A stretch of 64,000 nucleotides of DNA from assembly GCA_002633005.1 (NCBI GenBank), contig NMRA01000354.1, positions 409,782-473,781 of the forward strand, in the 5' to 3' direction. Made by a program: the position numbers and the translations under genes. Origin of the DNA: Phoronis australis (Eukaryota > Animalia > Phoronida). Numbering within the stretch: position 1 is the stretch's first letter; each line of letters begins with the position of its first letter. Under the pieces are notes generated by a model that was given only the letters and a program-made list of their open reading frames with translations, had not been told where the DNA came from and ran no database searches. Positions 53,901 through 63,846 of the stretch are shown here, in pieces.

Positions 53901-56900
53901 GTTTGTGCTCACTTTTTGACATTCGTTCTTCTAGCAAATGCTGTTGCCATGAACATCATCGTTTTAGTTGTCTAATGACTTTCCAATGAAATTCCTGATA
54001 AGAAGGTTGATATGTACGGGTAAAATGTTAGTTGAGAGAACTTTCATTGGCGAAAGCGATCTTGATGATATTGAGACTTTTATTGATCACCTTTTTATGT
54101 AATGGGATTATTGATGAAGACTAATAAAAAGACAACCATTCTGAAATAGCTTGAATTTATTGAACGTGACTTTTTTTAGTTCTCTTTTGCTGTGGGTCAC
54201 TTAAATATCCTTAAGTTTTCGTTTATTTTTTATTCAATATTCATTTGTGGTTGATAACCCAATCGGTGATACCACTGTGTGTTTTCCCCATAGCCCACTG
54301 CAAAGATTCCTGTTAAGTACGGTAAAATCTCACCTATTTTGGACAAAAATTATTGTCTTTTTCCATTTTTCAAATGTTACGAACATTGCTTTGGATACCA
54401 GCAATTTCTCAGAATCTTTGTCTGATGTTAGCTATGGTACATGCCTTAAATATTAAAAAAACATTTATTTGGTTGCGCTCATTTTTCATGAAGGAAAAGA
54501 ATAAAATTTCACTTTTCGGCCATATTGTGTCCGAAACTTGTATAATTTTGCCGTAATCAAGACTCCCACTTCTTGAATGATGATCTCAATTGATGGCGAC
54601 TCAGCGATAAGATCAACGGTCTGACGAGGTAAAAGTTAATACACGGTCAGTGTGGACAGTTTTGTAACTGTACTGGTAGCCTCTTTATGTTGTTGTAGGA
54701 CTCGACTGATGATGGCGCCACTGACTGTGACCTTATGTCCCCAATGTCAACTGAGTACGTTGGTTTGCGTGCCAAAGACGGCTCGACCCCAGTCAACTTT
54801 GAAGAAAGTGAGTACTTTGCCCACTGAGGCATTCTTGCCGCAGTCAATGACGTGCATGAAACAACAAAACATTCTTAATTTCGGACAATTTCTTCGATTT
54901 GGGAAATGGACAAAATTTTCACTGTATTCTATTTGAGGATGTACTTTTTCCTTTTGAAAGAATTTCCATAATTTTTGACTGACATTTATTAATTTGTTTT
55001 ACAGCCCTTATACATTTCAAGTCATGGGCCTGACCCCATGTTTTTTGTGTTTGTTCTAGTGATTAATGCTAACCATCCGAAGTTAAGGAGTTTTAAGAAT
55101 GGCTTAGAACCCGGGCATTTTTGATAATAAATCAGAACTCGTTATTTCAAAATACAATGCATTGTACTGCAGTGTGCATTTTTTCTTGCTTTCATTTTTG
55201 ATATCTAACCAAGCAACATGTGTTGTGAAGCTTTTTCTCCTGAATTTCTTCGGAGCATTTGTGTGCTTATTCCGATGATCAATGATTTTCCGTTTTTGCT
55301 GTAATTTGTGAGGTGATGAATCTATTTATTTCCACCTTTTGTTGCCCTCCCCTTGGCAAGCAGAACATCCAGGTAATGTACTGTTGTACTAATTTCTGTA
55401 AATTTCCTGTGAGCTCGCTTTTTGTCTTGTATGTATCGGTACAACAAAGTCTCACTAATTTCAGACAGATAGAATTGATCTTTTGTCAGTTTTCAGCTGT
55501 TAAACGTTGTGAATGGTCAAAATATCTCAAAAAGATTGTGTGGTGGTTGCTATTGTGTAGTTATTTACTTTTATGAACCATTTATCTGGAGTTACTTCCC
55601 GTGTCACAATGTTGTGTCTTAAATTGGTGAGGTTTTCCTAGTGAAATTTTAAATAAAGTAAAAATAGATAACTGAAGCGTTAATTTTATTTCTGTTATTG
55701 GCTTGTGTTTTTTTACTTGTATTGAAAGCTTAACGCTTCTTATATAATGTGCGGAATTCATTATCATTTACTTGAAAAGATGGTTACCCCAGTTTCATAG
55801 TTTATGTTACATTTTTTCATTGTGTGTGTTGTATGTGAGCTGCCTATCCATGCTTATGGCTCTCGGTATTTTTCAATTGCTTGCCGTCTTTTTTTGCATT
55901 TGGTTATTTTTGGTATGTGGGAGTAAATAAATCATTAAAGATATTAATTTTCAACAGTTTTTTAAATGACATATTAATGTCTTAAAATTCCCTTTTCATT
56001 GGACTTCCTTTTTGCTACATTGCAGTTTAACATTTTATGTCTGCTCCTGTTCTTACGAATTACCCAAAGGTTTACTGTTTTATCTAGAAATGTGATTTAC
56101 TTTAGATAAATTGTATTATCTCCTACTTACTTCAAAGATAAAGGCATCATGTGGAACTTGTTAGAAATGCCCTGAAGAACGATACTGTTGTGTTTGCATT
56201 CGTAACGAAGACAACAGCTTTCATGATATTCATGTCCTGGTTGCTGTTTTAAGGGCTGAAGCACTTGTCGTCAAGCGCCCTCAATGAGCTGTATGAGGAA
56301 CTAGAATCAACAATCAAGAGCTACTCGGAGACGCTGATCAATGAGCTGGCCCTGCGTGATGAGTTAGAATATGAGAAGGAACTGAAGAACCGTTTCATCA
56401 CGCTGTTGCATGCAGTGCAGAAGAAGAGGCGTGACTGTCAGTTGGACCGCAGGAAGGGCATGAAGAGGGCCAAGACTACGCCGGATGTGGCCAAAGAAGC
56501 TGGCACGGTGAGTGTACACGTACCACGTGTGGTACGTGTGTGTGTGGTGGGTATGGCGAGGGCCAAGACTACGCCGGATATGGCTAAAGAAGCTGGCACG
56601 GTGAGTGTACAAGTACCACGTGTGGTAAGTGGGTGTGGAGAGGGCGAGGACTGCGGCTGATGTGATGAGGAAGTATTGACTTAACACATGTACATTCTGT
56701 TCTGTTTATGTTTGAGAAATGCATTATTCAATGCTGTTCTGAGAATGGTTATGTTAATGTCCTGTTGTGTCTGCATTCGTAGTTATAATAACCACCAGGG
56801 GGCTGTTACATCAAATGTTGTAAGCCCAGTCTCAGCCAAGACGGTCGTAACTCCGAGTTTAGTTGGCACACAGTTCATTAACATGACTTGTGAAGGTGGT

Positions 56901-59900
56901 CGTTCAGTCTGAGTGTGAAAAATTATCAACTTTACGTCTATAATACACAATAATTGCATTCACCTATGGCTGTCTTAATTACGACCAGACTTAGACCATT
57001 GGTAAACTGTACATTTACCTAATAGTCAATGCTATAGTAGTAAAAACATCCGTATAATGGGCCCCAAATGTGTTTATTTTATGCCTCGGTTAACTTTTAC
57101 ATAATTCTCTTTACTATAACATTAAATACATTGATATAATGTGCCCCCAATGTGTTTATTTTATGCCTCGAATACTATACATAATTCTCTTTGCTGTAGC
57201 AGTATATACATTGACATAATGGGCCCCAAATGTGTTTATTTTATTTGTTGATTAACTTACTTAATACTCATTCCTCTAACAGTAAATAGATAGTTATCTG
57301 TTTGTGTGCAGTTGTCATTTATGCAGTAACACTCTATGTCTGTTACAGTACCTGACCACTGTTATCCCATACCATGCTGGTCAAGGTGTACCATCGTCAG
57401 ACAAGCTGCAGATCTTCATCAAAAGTGAGTCCTATTACGAATCTGTCACCACGGTTCATTTAACTGCCTGTGTCATGTCAATGATGCTTCTTTCGTCCTA
57501 TGTACAGCTAATGACTTGCTGGATATTTAGAGCCATCATGTTACGAAATATCACATGCAACCTGTTCTGTTGCTAGTCTAAGACCAGTTGACTGTTTGAG
57601 TTACCTTTTTCTTTGTAACTTCAATGTGGACGGTGTGCACCAAGCAGCAGTCAGTTAACTTTCTGGAGGAAGTGTAAATTTTCTGAAGCTCTGAAAGAAT
57701 TCGTTCAGGGAAATCTAATGGAAACTATTTGAAAATCAAATCGCAAATCCTAAAATCGGTTTTTGAACCACTCAACATGTCGTGGGTGTTTGGTTGGGAA
57801 AGCTTATTTTTTTGCATTCAGAAATTTGTTTGACGTCAGATGCAGTGCCATCTTTGAAAGCTTGTTTTGCTTCATGTTTTGGAGTGGAACCCTTTTGTTT
57901 GGTTCCTTGGTTCAGCTTGTTGGCATTCCTAAGTACAGATGATAACACCTGAACCAAATGGAGTTCACTGATTGGTTCACTGGCAAGAGTCACTGCTGGC
58001 GATCAATTTAGTTTTGTTGGAAAGTTAACAACATCGGGTTGTGGTTCCAAAATTGGATTCAGTGTTTCACGAAGGTGTCAGTGGAAGATTGCCGAAAGAT
58101 TTGTGTAATATCTCCCCAATTTAGGAAACTACAAGGTGGATGATTGAGGCACTATTTTCTCATTTTTCCATAAAGAACATGTAGAACAAGAGTAATGCTT
58201 TGCCATGTTCAACCTCTGTACATTAGCTACCATCACACTGTGCTTTGAAATGTTGGGGACATGTACACAAACGGCAGAATACCTAGGAAATTGAAAAGGG
58301 GCAAACTTGGGTATTGTAAGCACTTAGGTCATGTCTGCGCGCTATCTGTTGGCCACCATCGCGTGACCTAATGAATATAAGTCCGAAAAGATTTTTGCCC
58401 TGACCGGGACATGAACCCAGGACCTTCTGCTCACCGTGCGGATTGACACATTCATAAATCTTGGGTATTGTTTTTATTTGAGTTTGGAGAGACTTTCCTG
58501 TATTGTCGTGTCAGTACATTTGCAGTTTTAATGCAGCACACTAGTTCTTATACTTCTTTTGGATTCATTATTATCCGCCCACATATTTATATGTGGTCGC
58601 ATATTGCGGTCATCTCTGTCTGGGCGTCCAGCGTCCGTGGCTGTATCTCCTAAACCCCTTGCAGGATCTTATTGAAATTTGGCAAGTGTGTTGCTATGGG
58701 GTTGACGACAGAGGACAACGAGTTTCGGACCGTCCCGAATACCACTGTGCCCCTAGTGGCAATTTTAGTTTTTTACGTTTGCCTCTGTATCTTCAAAGGT
58801 CCTCAACCGATTTTTTTGAAATTTGGCACTTAGGAATCTTTTAATCAGTTGACACTACCCTCTTGATTTTGGATGGATTTGAGGCATTTTGCAGCATCTA
58901 GTGGCCGTTTTTACTGTTTTTGAGTCGTTTTTTTAGCGTCCGCCCCTCTAACAACCAAACCACTTTAAGGATGATTGTGAAAATTGGCATGTGTGTTCTT
59001 ACTAGAAGGAAGACAGTTGACAATGATTTTCTGATGACTTCAACTACAGTGGCACCTCCTAGTGGCAGTTTTGTTTGTTTTTGCGCACATGGCTGTATCT
59101 CCTAAACGTTCTACAGGATCTTTATTATGCGCCCACATATTTATATGTGGACGCATTATGTCGTCATCTCCGTCCGTCTGTCCGTCCGTCTGTCCGGCCG
59201 GCGTCCGCTGCTTTATCTCCAAAACTCTTTGACATACGTTCATGAAATTTGGCACATATGTTCCATTCATGAATGGGACGGCATGTGCGAACTTTCGGAC
59301 GGATCCGACTACCGGTGTGCCCCCTAGTGGCAATTTTAGTTTTTTACGCTTACCTTTTTTATCTTTAAAAGTCCTGAACAGATTTTCATGAAATTTGGTA
59401 TGTAGGCACCTATTAGTGAGATGATGCTATCCTCCTGTTTTCAGATGGATTCGACATAGTTTGCGCCACCTAGTGGCCATTTTTAGTGTTTTCGAGTCTG
59501 TTTTTGTGCGTCCACCCCTCTATCAACCAAACCGCTCAAAGGATGATTGTGAAAATTGACATGTATATGCTTACTATGTAGAGAACGGTTGACGATGATT
59601 TTCCGACGATTTCGATTACTGTGGCGCCTCCTAGTGGCAGTTTTTTTGTGCCTATGGCTGTATCTCCTAAACTGTTAGCAGGATCTTTACGAAATTGTGT
59701 AAGTATATTTATATGATGTTAACAACGGAAGATGACGACTTTTGGACGGATCCGACTACCAGTGTGCCCCCTAATGGCAATTTTATTTTTTTACGTTTAC
59801 CTTTGTATCTTCAAAAGTCCTTAATGGAATATTCGTGAAATTTAATATGTAGGCACCTATTAGGGAAATGACGCTATCCACCCGTTTTCGGATGGATTCG

Positions 59901-60806
59901 ACCTAGTCTTCGACTTCGTGACTATGAAGGAAAAGTTCCAAGTAGAAATTTGTTTCTGGCATTCTAATGCTGTGCTAATCTCGTATGTTGGTAAATTTGT
60001 TTTTAATTCTATGTTTCTGTGGTGCTTTAAGCAACGGATGTATAGGATGTGCTTGTATTATGAAGATCACTCACATTTTGCCCTAGCCTATTGAGGAGAC
60101 AATGACCATGCCTTTCCATTTTGCAAAGTACAACATACTACATATATGCCCTCTACTGGCCACTTTATGGTACCAATAAACAACCCTAGAAGGATACCGT
60201 ATACGGTGCAATTGTGGGCGCATTTCAACGCTCTGCGTTGCTCTTGTTAAATTTAGCAATTGTATTTATATGAAGTTGACAACGGACGACGATGACTTTC
60301 GGACAGATCGGTGTATCGGTTTGCCCTCTAGTGGCAGTTTTAGTTTTTTACGTTCACCTCTGTATCTTCAAAGGTCCTCAACGGATTTCCATGAAATTTT
60401 GCACATAGACATCTATTAGTGCGATGACGCTATCCTCTCGTTTTGGATGGATTCGTAGTTTGCGCCACTTAGTGGCCATTTTTGTTGTTGTAAATGGCTT
60501 TCTTTTAAAGAAACGGTGACATTTTCTGATTTTCAGACGGATTTGACATATTTTGTGCCATCTAGTGGCCATTTCGATGATACAAACAAAACCCCCTAAA
60601 AGCACACCATTTGCGATGCATTCGTGTTCGCATGTCAACGCTCCGCATTGCTCTTGTCTTGTCGCTTTGTATATGTACATGCGGTATTTCTCTTCCCGTT
60701 TGTTGAGCAGTATAATGTGTATATTGATGCCTGTTTTCAGTTCTTGAAGCCATTAACGAGGACAGTTCCAGCACACCAGGACTGTTAACAGACTACATTC
60801 TGAAAG
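35635..60806 (+). CDS. FEZ2: Fasciculation and elongation protein zeta (FEZ1/FEZ2/UNC-76), kinesin-1 adaptor; 7 clear exons, terminal exon uncertain
   Basis: Exons 35635-35963, 45005-45113, 52252-52401, 54699-54807, 56254-56507, 57349-57424, 60741-60806, all phase-consistent. Motifs: EAPLA, SLEDLVNSFDEKITKCF, WWTITGNFGNILPIDWSKSYTR, DMHRLII..EPLFTADQVINEIE, YSETLINELALRDELEYEKELKNRFI, YLTTVIPY, LLTDYILK. FEZ1 versus FEZ2 cannot be resolved. Confidence 0.93.
36292..36795 (+). mobile_element. MITE (Harbinger-like TIR), copy 1
   Basis: AGGGCCTTTCATAC..ATATGAAAGGGCCT ends; inverted homolog at 40863-41811. Confidence 0.75.
40863..41811 (-). mobile_element. MITE copy 2, inverted relative to 36292-36795, with nested insertion
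   Basis: Colinear reverse-complement match to copy 1 except for 41217-41672. Confidence 0.75.
41217..41672. mobile_element. hAT-like MITE nested in MITE copy 2
   Basis: TIR CAGGCCTGTATGCAG / CTGGATAAAGGCCTG; 8-bp TSD TCGCAGCG / CCGCAGTG, with single CCGCAGCG at the empty site in copy 1. Confidence 0.8.
42070..42221. repeat. 16-bp minisatellite x~9
   Basis: CTGTGACTTGAGTTGT. Confidence 0.9.
45005..45113 (+). CDS. FEZ2: FEZ exon 2
   Basis: MWWTITGNFGNILPIDWSKSYTRELTTKALNLGEKR|gtgagt. Confidence 0.93.
45947..46000. repeat. Compound CA/CG microsatellite
   Basis: (CACACGCACGCA)n. Confidence 0.9.
46386..46632. mobile_element. hAT-like MITE
   Basis: TIR CAGGGCTTGGAAT / ATTCTAAGCCCTG flanked by duplicated TGTATA; subterminal TTTCCTCTTTT repeats. 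Confidence 0.7.
50585..50736 (+). mobile_element. tRNA-derived SINE
   Basis: Pol III A box TGGCTCAATGG (50593), B box GGCTCGAGTCC (50638), body shared with 58323-58445 and 25651-25813. Confidence 0.7.
52252..52401 (+). CDS. FEZ2: FEZ exon 3
   Basis: EHVESPDLDLSDDEELAQAFDMH..VINEIEDMME. Confidence 0.93.
53240..53542. mobile_element. MITE-like element, homolog of 30922-31215
   Basis: Shared AAGAAGCAAAC, TTCCTTACTC, GCAATAACGAA, CAATTTGAGACTA and GGTCTAAATCAA blocks in the same order. Confidence 0.6.
54572..54629 (+). ncRNA. Candidate short box C/D snoRNA-like RNA in FEZ intron 3
   Basis: Box C ATGATGA (54577-54583), box D CTGA (54621-54624), terminal stem TCTTG/CGAGG, ends ~70 nt before the acceptor at 54698; short and no target identified. 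Confidence 0.3.
54699..54807 (+). CDS. FEZ2: FEZ exon 4
   Basis: DSTDDGATDCDLMSPMS..VNFEE|gtgagt; phase 0-1. Confidence 0.82.
56254..56507 (+). CDS. FEZ2: FEZ exon 5 (coiled coil)
   Basis: RLKHLSSSALNELYEELESTIKSYSETLINELALRDELEYEKELKNRF..EAGT|gtgagt; alternative donor after 56600. Confidence 0.9.
56466..56655 (+). repeat. 93-bp tandem duplication straddling the FEZ exon 5 donor
   Basis: AGGGCCAAGACTACGCCGGAT..GCTGGCACG|GTGAGTGTAC twice, plus a partial third copy. Confidence 0.9.
57054..57290. repeat. ~80-bp tandem repeat x3
   Basis: ATAATGGGCCCCAAATGTGTTTATTTTATGCCTCG..CATAATTCTCTTT. Confidence 0.85.
57349..57424 (+). CDS. FEZ2: FEZ exon 6
   Basis: YLTTVIPYHAGQGVPSSDKLQIFIK|gtgagt. Confidence 0.92.
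58323..58445 (-). mobile_element. SINE copy, same family as 50585
   Basis: Reverse complement GCACGGTGAGCAGAAGGTCCTGGGTTCATGTCCC..GACTTATATTCATTAGG..CCAACAG. Confidence 0.65.
58567..60657 (+). mobile_element. Non-autonomous Helentron/DINE-1-like element (HINE), copy A, interrupted by nested copy B
   Basis: 5' TTATTATCCGCCCACA..TGTGGTCGCAT subTIR/IR, internal ~150-bp tandem subunits, 3' degenerate subTIR plus CAACGC-TCC-GCATTG hairpin then CTCTTGT. Confidence 0.7.
59122..60248 (+). mobile_element. HINE copy B nested in copy A
   Basis: ATGCGCCCACA..TGTGGACGCAT, (GTCC/GTCT)n microsatellite ~59170-59200, tandem subunits, 3' TGTGGGCGCAT plus CAACGC-TCT-GCGTTG stem-loop; inserted at TT with no TSD; copy A subunit resumes after 60248. 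Confidence 0.8.
60741..60806 (+). CDS. FEZ2: FEZ exon 7
   Basis: ILEAINEDSSSTPGLLTDYILK+G|gtacat. Confidence 0.9.
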
Positions 60807-60909
60807 GTACATGCCGTGCTCACTGTACGAGTTCTCCACAATTCATGGGGAGGGTGTTACCTGGCTGCTGTCACTTTTTTGTGCCCTTATTTTTCAACAT
60901 AACTGGTAG

Positions 60910-60998
60910 TGGAAACCCCTGATTATGAGATTCAGACAAACGAACTACCTCATCTGAGAATTCGAAGTAGATGGGAGGAGCAAAAAATAATGACATGA
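60910..60998 (+). CDS. Candidate FEZ terminal exon (non-canonical C-terminus)
   Basis: Pyrimidine tract plus tag acceptor; phase 1 gives V-ETPDYEIQTNELPHLRIRSRWEEQKIMT*, restoring the conserved ILKV but not LCPT; AT-rich UTR-like sequence follows. Confidence 0.3.
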
Positions 60999-62050
60999 TT
61001 GGTATTGATGCTTGACACTGATGTATCAAATGCATTTATTTGTTGCAAAACGTATAGTATTTACAATCTGTATAAGACACTTTCATTGCAATGAATTTGA
61101 TTTAGGCAAAATTATGGTTCACACGATTCTGTATTATAACTCATTAATCTTAAAGTTATTCAGGTAACGCCCTCAACCGTGACAGATTGTATCAACTAGA
61201 ATGGTTCTACTGTTCCAGTTTTTGGAAAAAAATTTTCTCATGTAAAACTGCATGGCCTTCAACTGTATATCAGCAGTAAGATCTGCATGATATTTTAGTT
61301 GCACGATGTTTTAGCTTCATATCTATGCTATTTTGGGGGGTTATTGATGTGATATCTTAGGGATATTCATGTGCTTTATTATGTTATCTCAATGATGTAG
61401 AAGGTGCCATTGTACTCTGTTTTGTGGTTTCCAAATAACACTGTTATGAGGCTAACAACTTGTATGACACCCAGAAAGTCTCATCTGGATGTCTCCATTC
61501 TTATAACACATCCTAGGGTTTACCTCAAAAACGGCCTTGGAAAACCTATGCTGATTTTTAAAGTAAACCGTTTGATTTGTTATAAGAACTGAGTAATCTA
61601 AATTGTCTGACGTTATTTTTTGAATTTCTCTGATGTTGATAAAATATATTTTTTTTAATATCATCTGTTCAGAGATCTTTCTGTTTTACTCTCAATACTG
61701 TTTGGAAACACAGACGATGCTCGTTTGGATTAGCAATAGTGACTCACATGCCCTATGATGGGAGTGCAGTAGCATGCAGAGATTTGTTGATGATGCACGC
61801 AGCGATTTTTTATTGGATGCTTCTTTCTCTACTCAAATTTATGGACCTTAACACTAAGAAAAGTAAAAAATCTGAAACATAAAATAGAGACTTTATTCAA
61901 TTAACTACAGACTAGTCGCTGCTTCAAAAACATTAATAGTGATTGGATGCGAAGGTCCGTCGCCCTGTCACCCCCCCCCCTCCTTTCGGCATGCTACTGN
62001 TACATTGACCTCTGTATTTTCATAGGTCTTCAGGTGTATACTTTGTGTTA

Positions 62051-62387
62051 CTTCTTGACTATGAAGGAAAAGTTCCTAGTAGAAATTTGTTTCTGGCATT
62101 CTAATGCTGTGCTAATCTCGTATGTTGGTAAATTTGTTTTTAATTCTATGTTTCTGTGGTGCTTTAAGCAACTGATGCATAGGATGTGCTTGTTTTATGA
62201 AGATCACTCACATCTTGCCCCTAGCCTATTGAGGAGACAATGACCATGCCTTTCCATTTTTCAAAGTACAACATACTACATATATGCCCTCTACTGGCCA
62301 CTTTATGGTACCAATAAACAACCCTAGAAGGATACCGTATGCGGTGCAATTGTAGGCGCATTTCAACGCTCTGCGTTGCTCTTGTTA
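62051..62387 (+). mobile_element. 3' end of another HINE copy, near-identical to 59914-60249
   Basis: About 9 differences in ~335 bp by eye; same 3' subTIR and stem-loop. Confidence 0.8.
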
Positions 62388-62495
62388 TTGTTAACAGAAT
62401 TAGCTGTCATGACGTGGAGACGGTATTTTGTCTGATTACTTTTGTCTTGTACTGCTTTGTGTCTGTATCTAATCATTTGTGTATCTCTTCTGTAG

Positions 62496-62638
62496 ACAGA
62501 GGAGAGGACAGTCACGTGACCGCTGAGGAGGCGCTTCGTTACTTGTTGTTCCTGGTTGATGTCAATGAACTGTACGATGTCGCGCTGGGAACATACGATT
62601 TTGATCTCGTGATGATGGTTGCAGAAAAATCTCAGAAG
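62496..62638 (+). CDS. ELP1: Isolated internal exon of Elongator complex protein 1 (IKBKAP)
   Basis: tgtag|..[41 protein letters not shown]|gtaatc, the conserved ELP1 motif; intact splice sites, phase 1-0; no other ELP1 exon seen in the window. Confidence 0.85.
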
Positions 62639-63699
62639 GTAATCATTGAAAATTTCAAAGAACTGTTTGTTTTTATTTCATTCACTTGCCATGCTGTGTA
62701 GGGTGATGTTTGTCAGCGGAAGTGTTTGGACAGAATATCAAAGGGCATTTCACAGCTCATGAATGTCAGGGAGCTTTGATTTGTGAACACTGTTGGCAAT
62801 GGACTAACTGTGCGTGTGCCTGACAAAAGTGTGAACTAAAGCAGCATTTGACTTGCGTGGATTACCGATGTATGAACCAGATACGAGTTGTGTCATTTGT
62901 ATGCAGACATTAAATACATGATTTGGCAAAATATAAGTCAAACTGCAATGTGCTTGAATGATATTTGTTAGCACAAATGAAACCATTTTTGCCTTGACCT
63001 TCTCATTCATTCATACACAGGCATTGTATTTTGTTTGTCATAATTCTTTTTTTTTGCTGCAGTGTCTGTGTTTTTATACACGATGGTGTTTAGTCAAATT
63101 TTGGTCTGACATTGTTACTGTCTGACGTGTCTCATGGGTCTAAATTTGGATTCCGTGAATTGTTTTGAAGATTTAAAAATTTATTGAGTTGTATCTGGGT
63201 TGGTGATAGAAAAACGCCTCAGTCAGGGGTTGCAGTGTGGATTGCTGCCTTAGGGAAAAACATTGCAAGCGTGTCACTAAATCCAATCACATCCTTTAGC
63301 ATCATTGACTAATATTCGACTTCTTTTACACATTTCACTCAACGTTCAACAAATGTATAGTACCAGTCATTACCAACCATTACAAACACAATAATGCATC
63401 ACAAAAACGATGTATTCCAAACAACAATATAGTGATATACAATGTACAATAATTAACTTACCACCAATTCAATGCAAACCAGGCTGACCATCAGCAGCAT
63501 ACGTCTGCGTCCTTTTAGCTCGCCCGTCCACTCCCGACCCACACATTTTTGGCTGCAGAGCGGTAGTATTTGTCGCCGCGCTTAACAATAACACGAGACG
63601 CCATTGAAAATCACACCACGCTGTCCCAGATGCCTCGGCAATGTTGACAATTTACGTTCCTTCGAAACATAAAGAGCAACTTCCGCTTTTCGAGGTGAA

Positions 63700-63846
63700 C
63701 GTCGTCTGCAATGCCGCGGTAAGAAAGGAATTTGCCGCGGAAATTTTATATCAAATCCGATTTTTTTACGCGGAAATATAAAAAAAGCGGAAAGCACATT
63801 TGAAAAAACCGGAAATCCGCGTTTCCGCGGAAAATTCCAAGCCCTG
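63700..63846. mobile_element. hAT-like element right end
   Basis: AAATTCCAAGCCCTG terminus (same TIR as 46386) with subterminal (C)CGCGGAAA repeats; left end not identified. Confidence 0.5.

Noticed and set aside
54577-54624. SECIS element
   Set aside because: Intronic, lacks the proper GA quartet geometry, and no Sec codon appears in the gene models
63063-63110. Strong acceptor (ttttttgctgcag) as FEZ terminal exon or next ELP1 exon
   Set aside because: Translation matches neither VLCPT nor DPKEYLPFL
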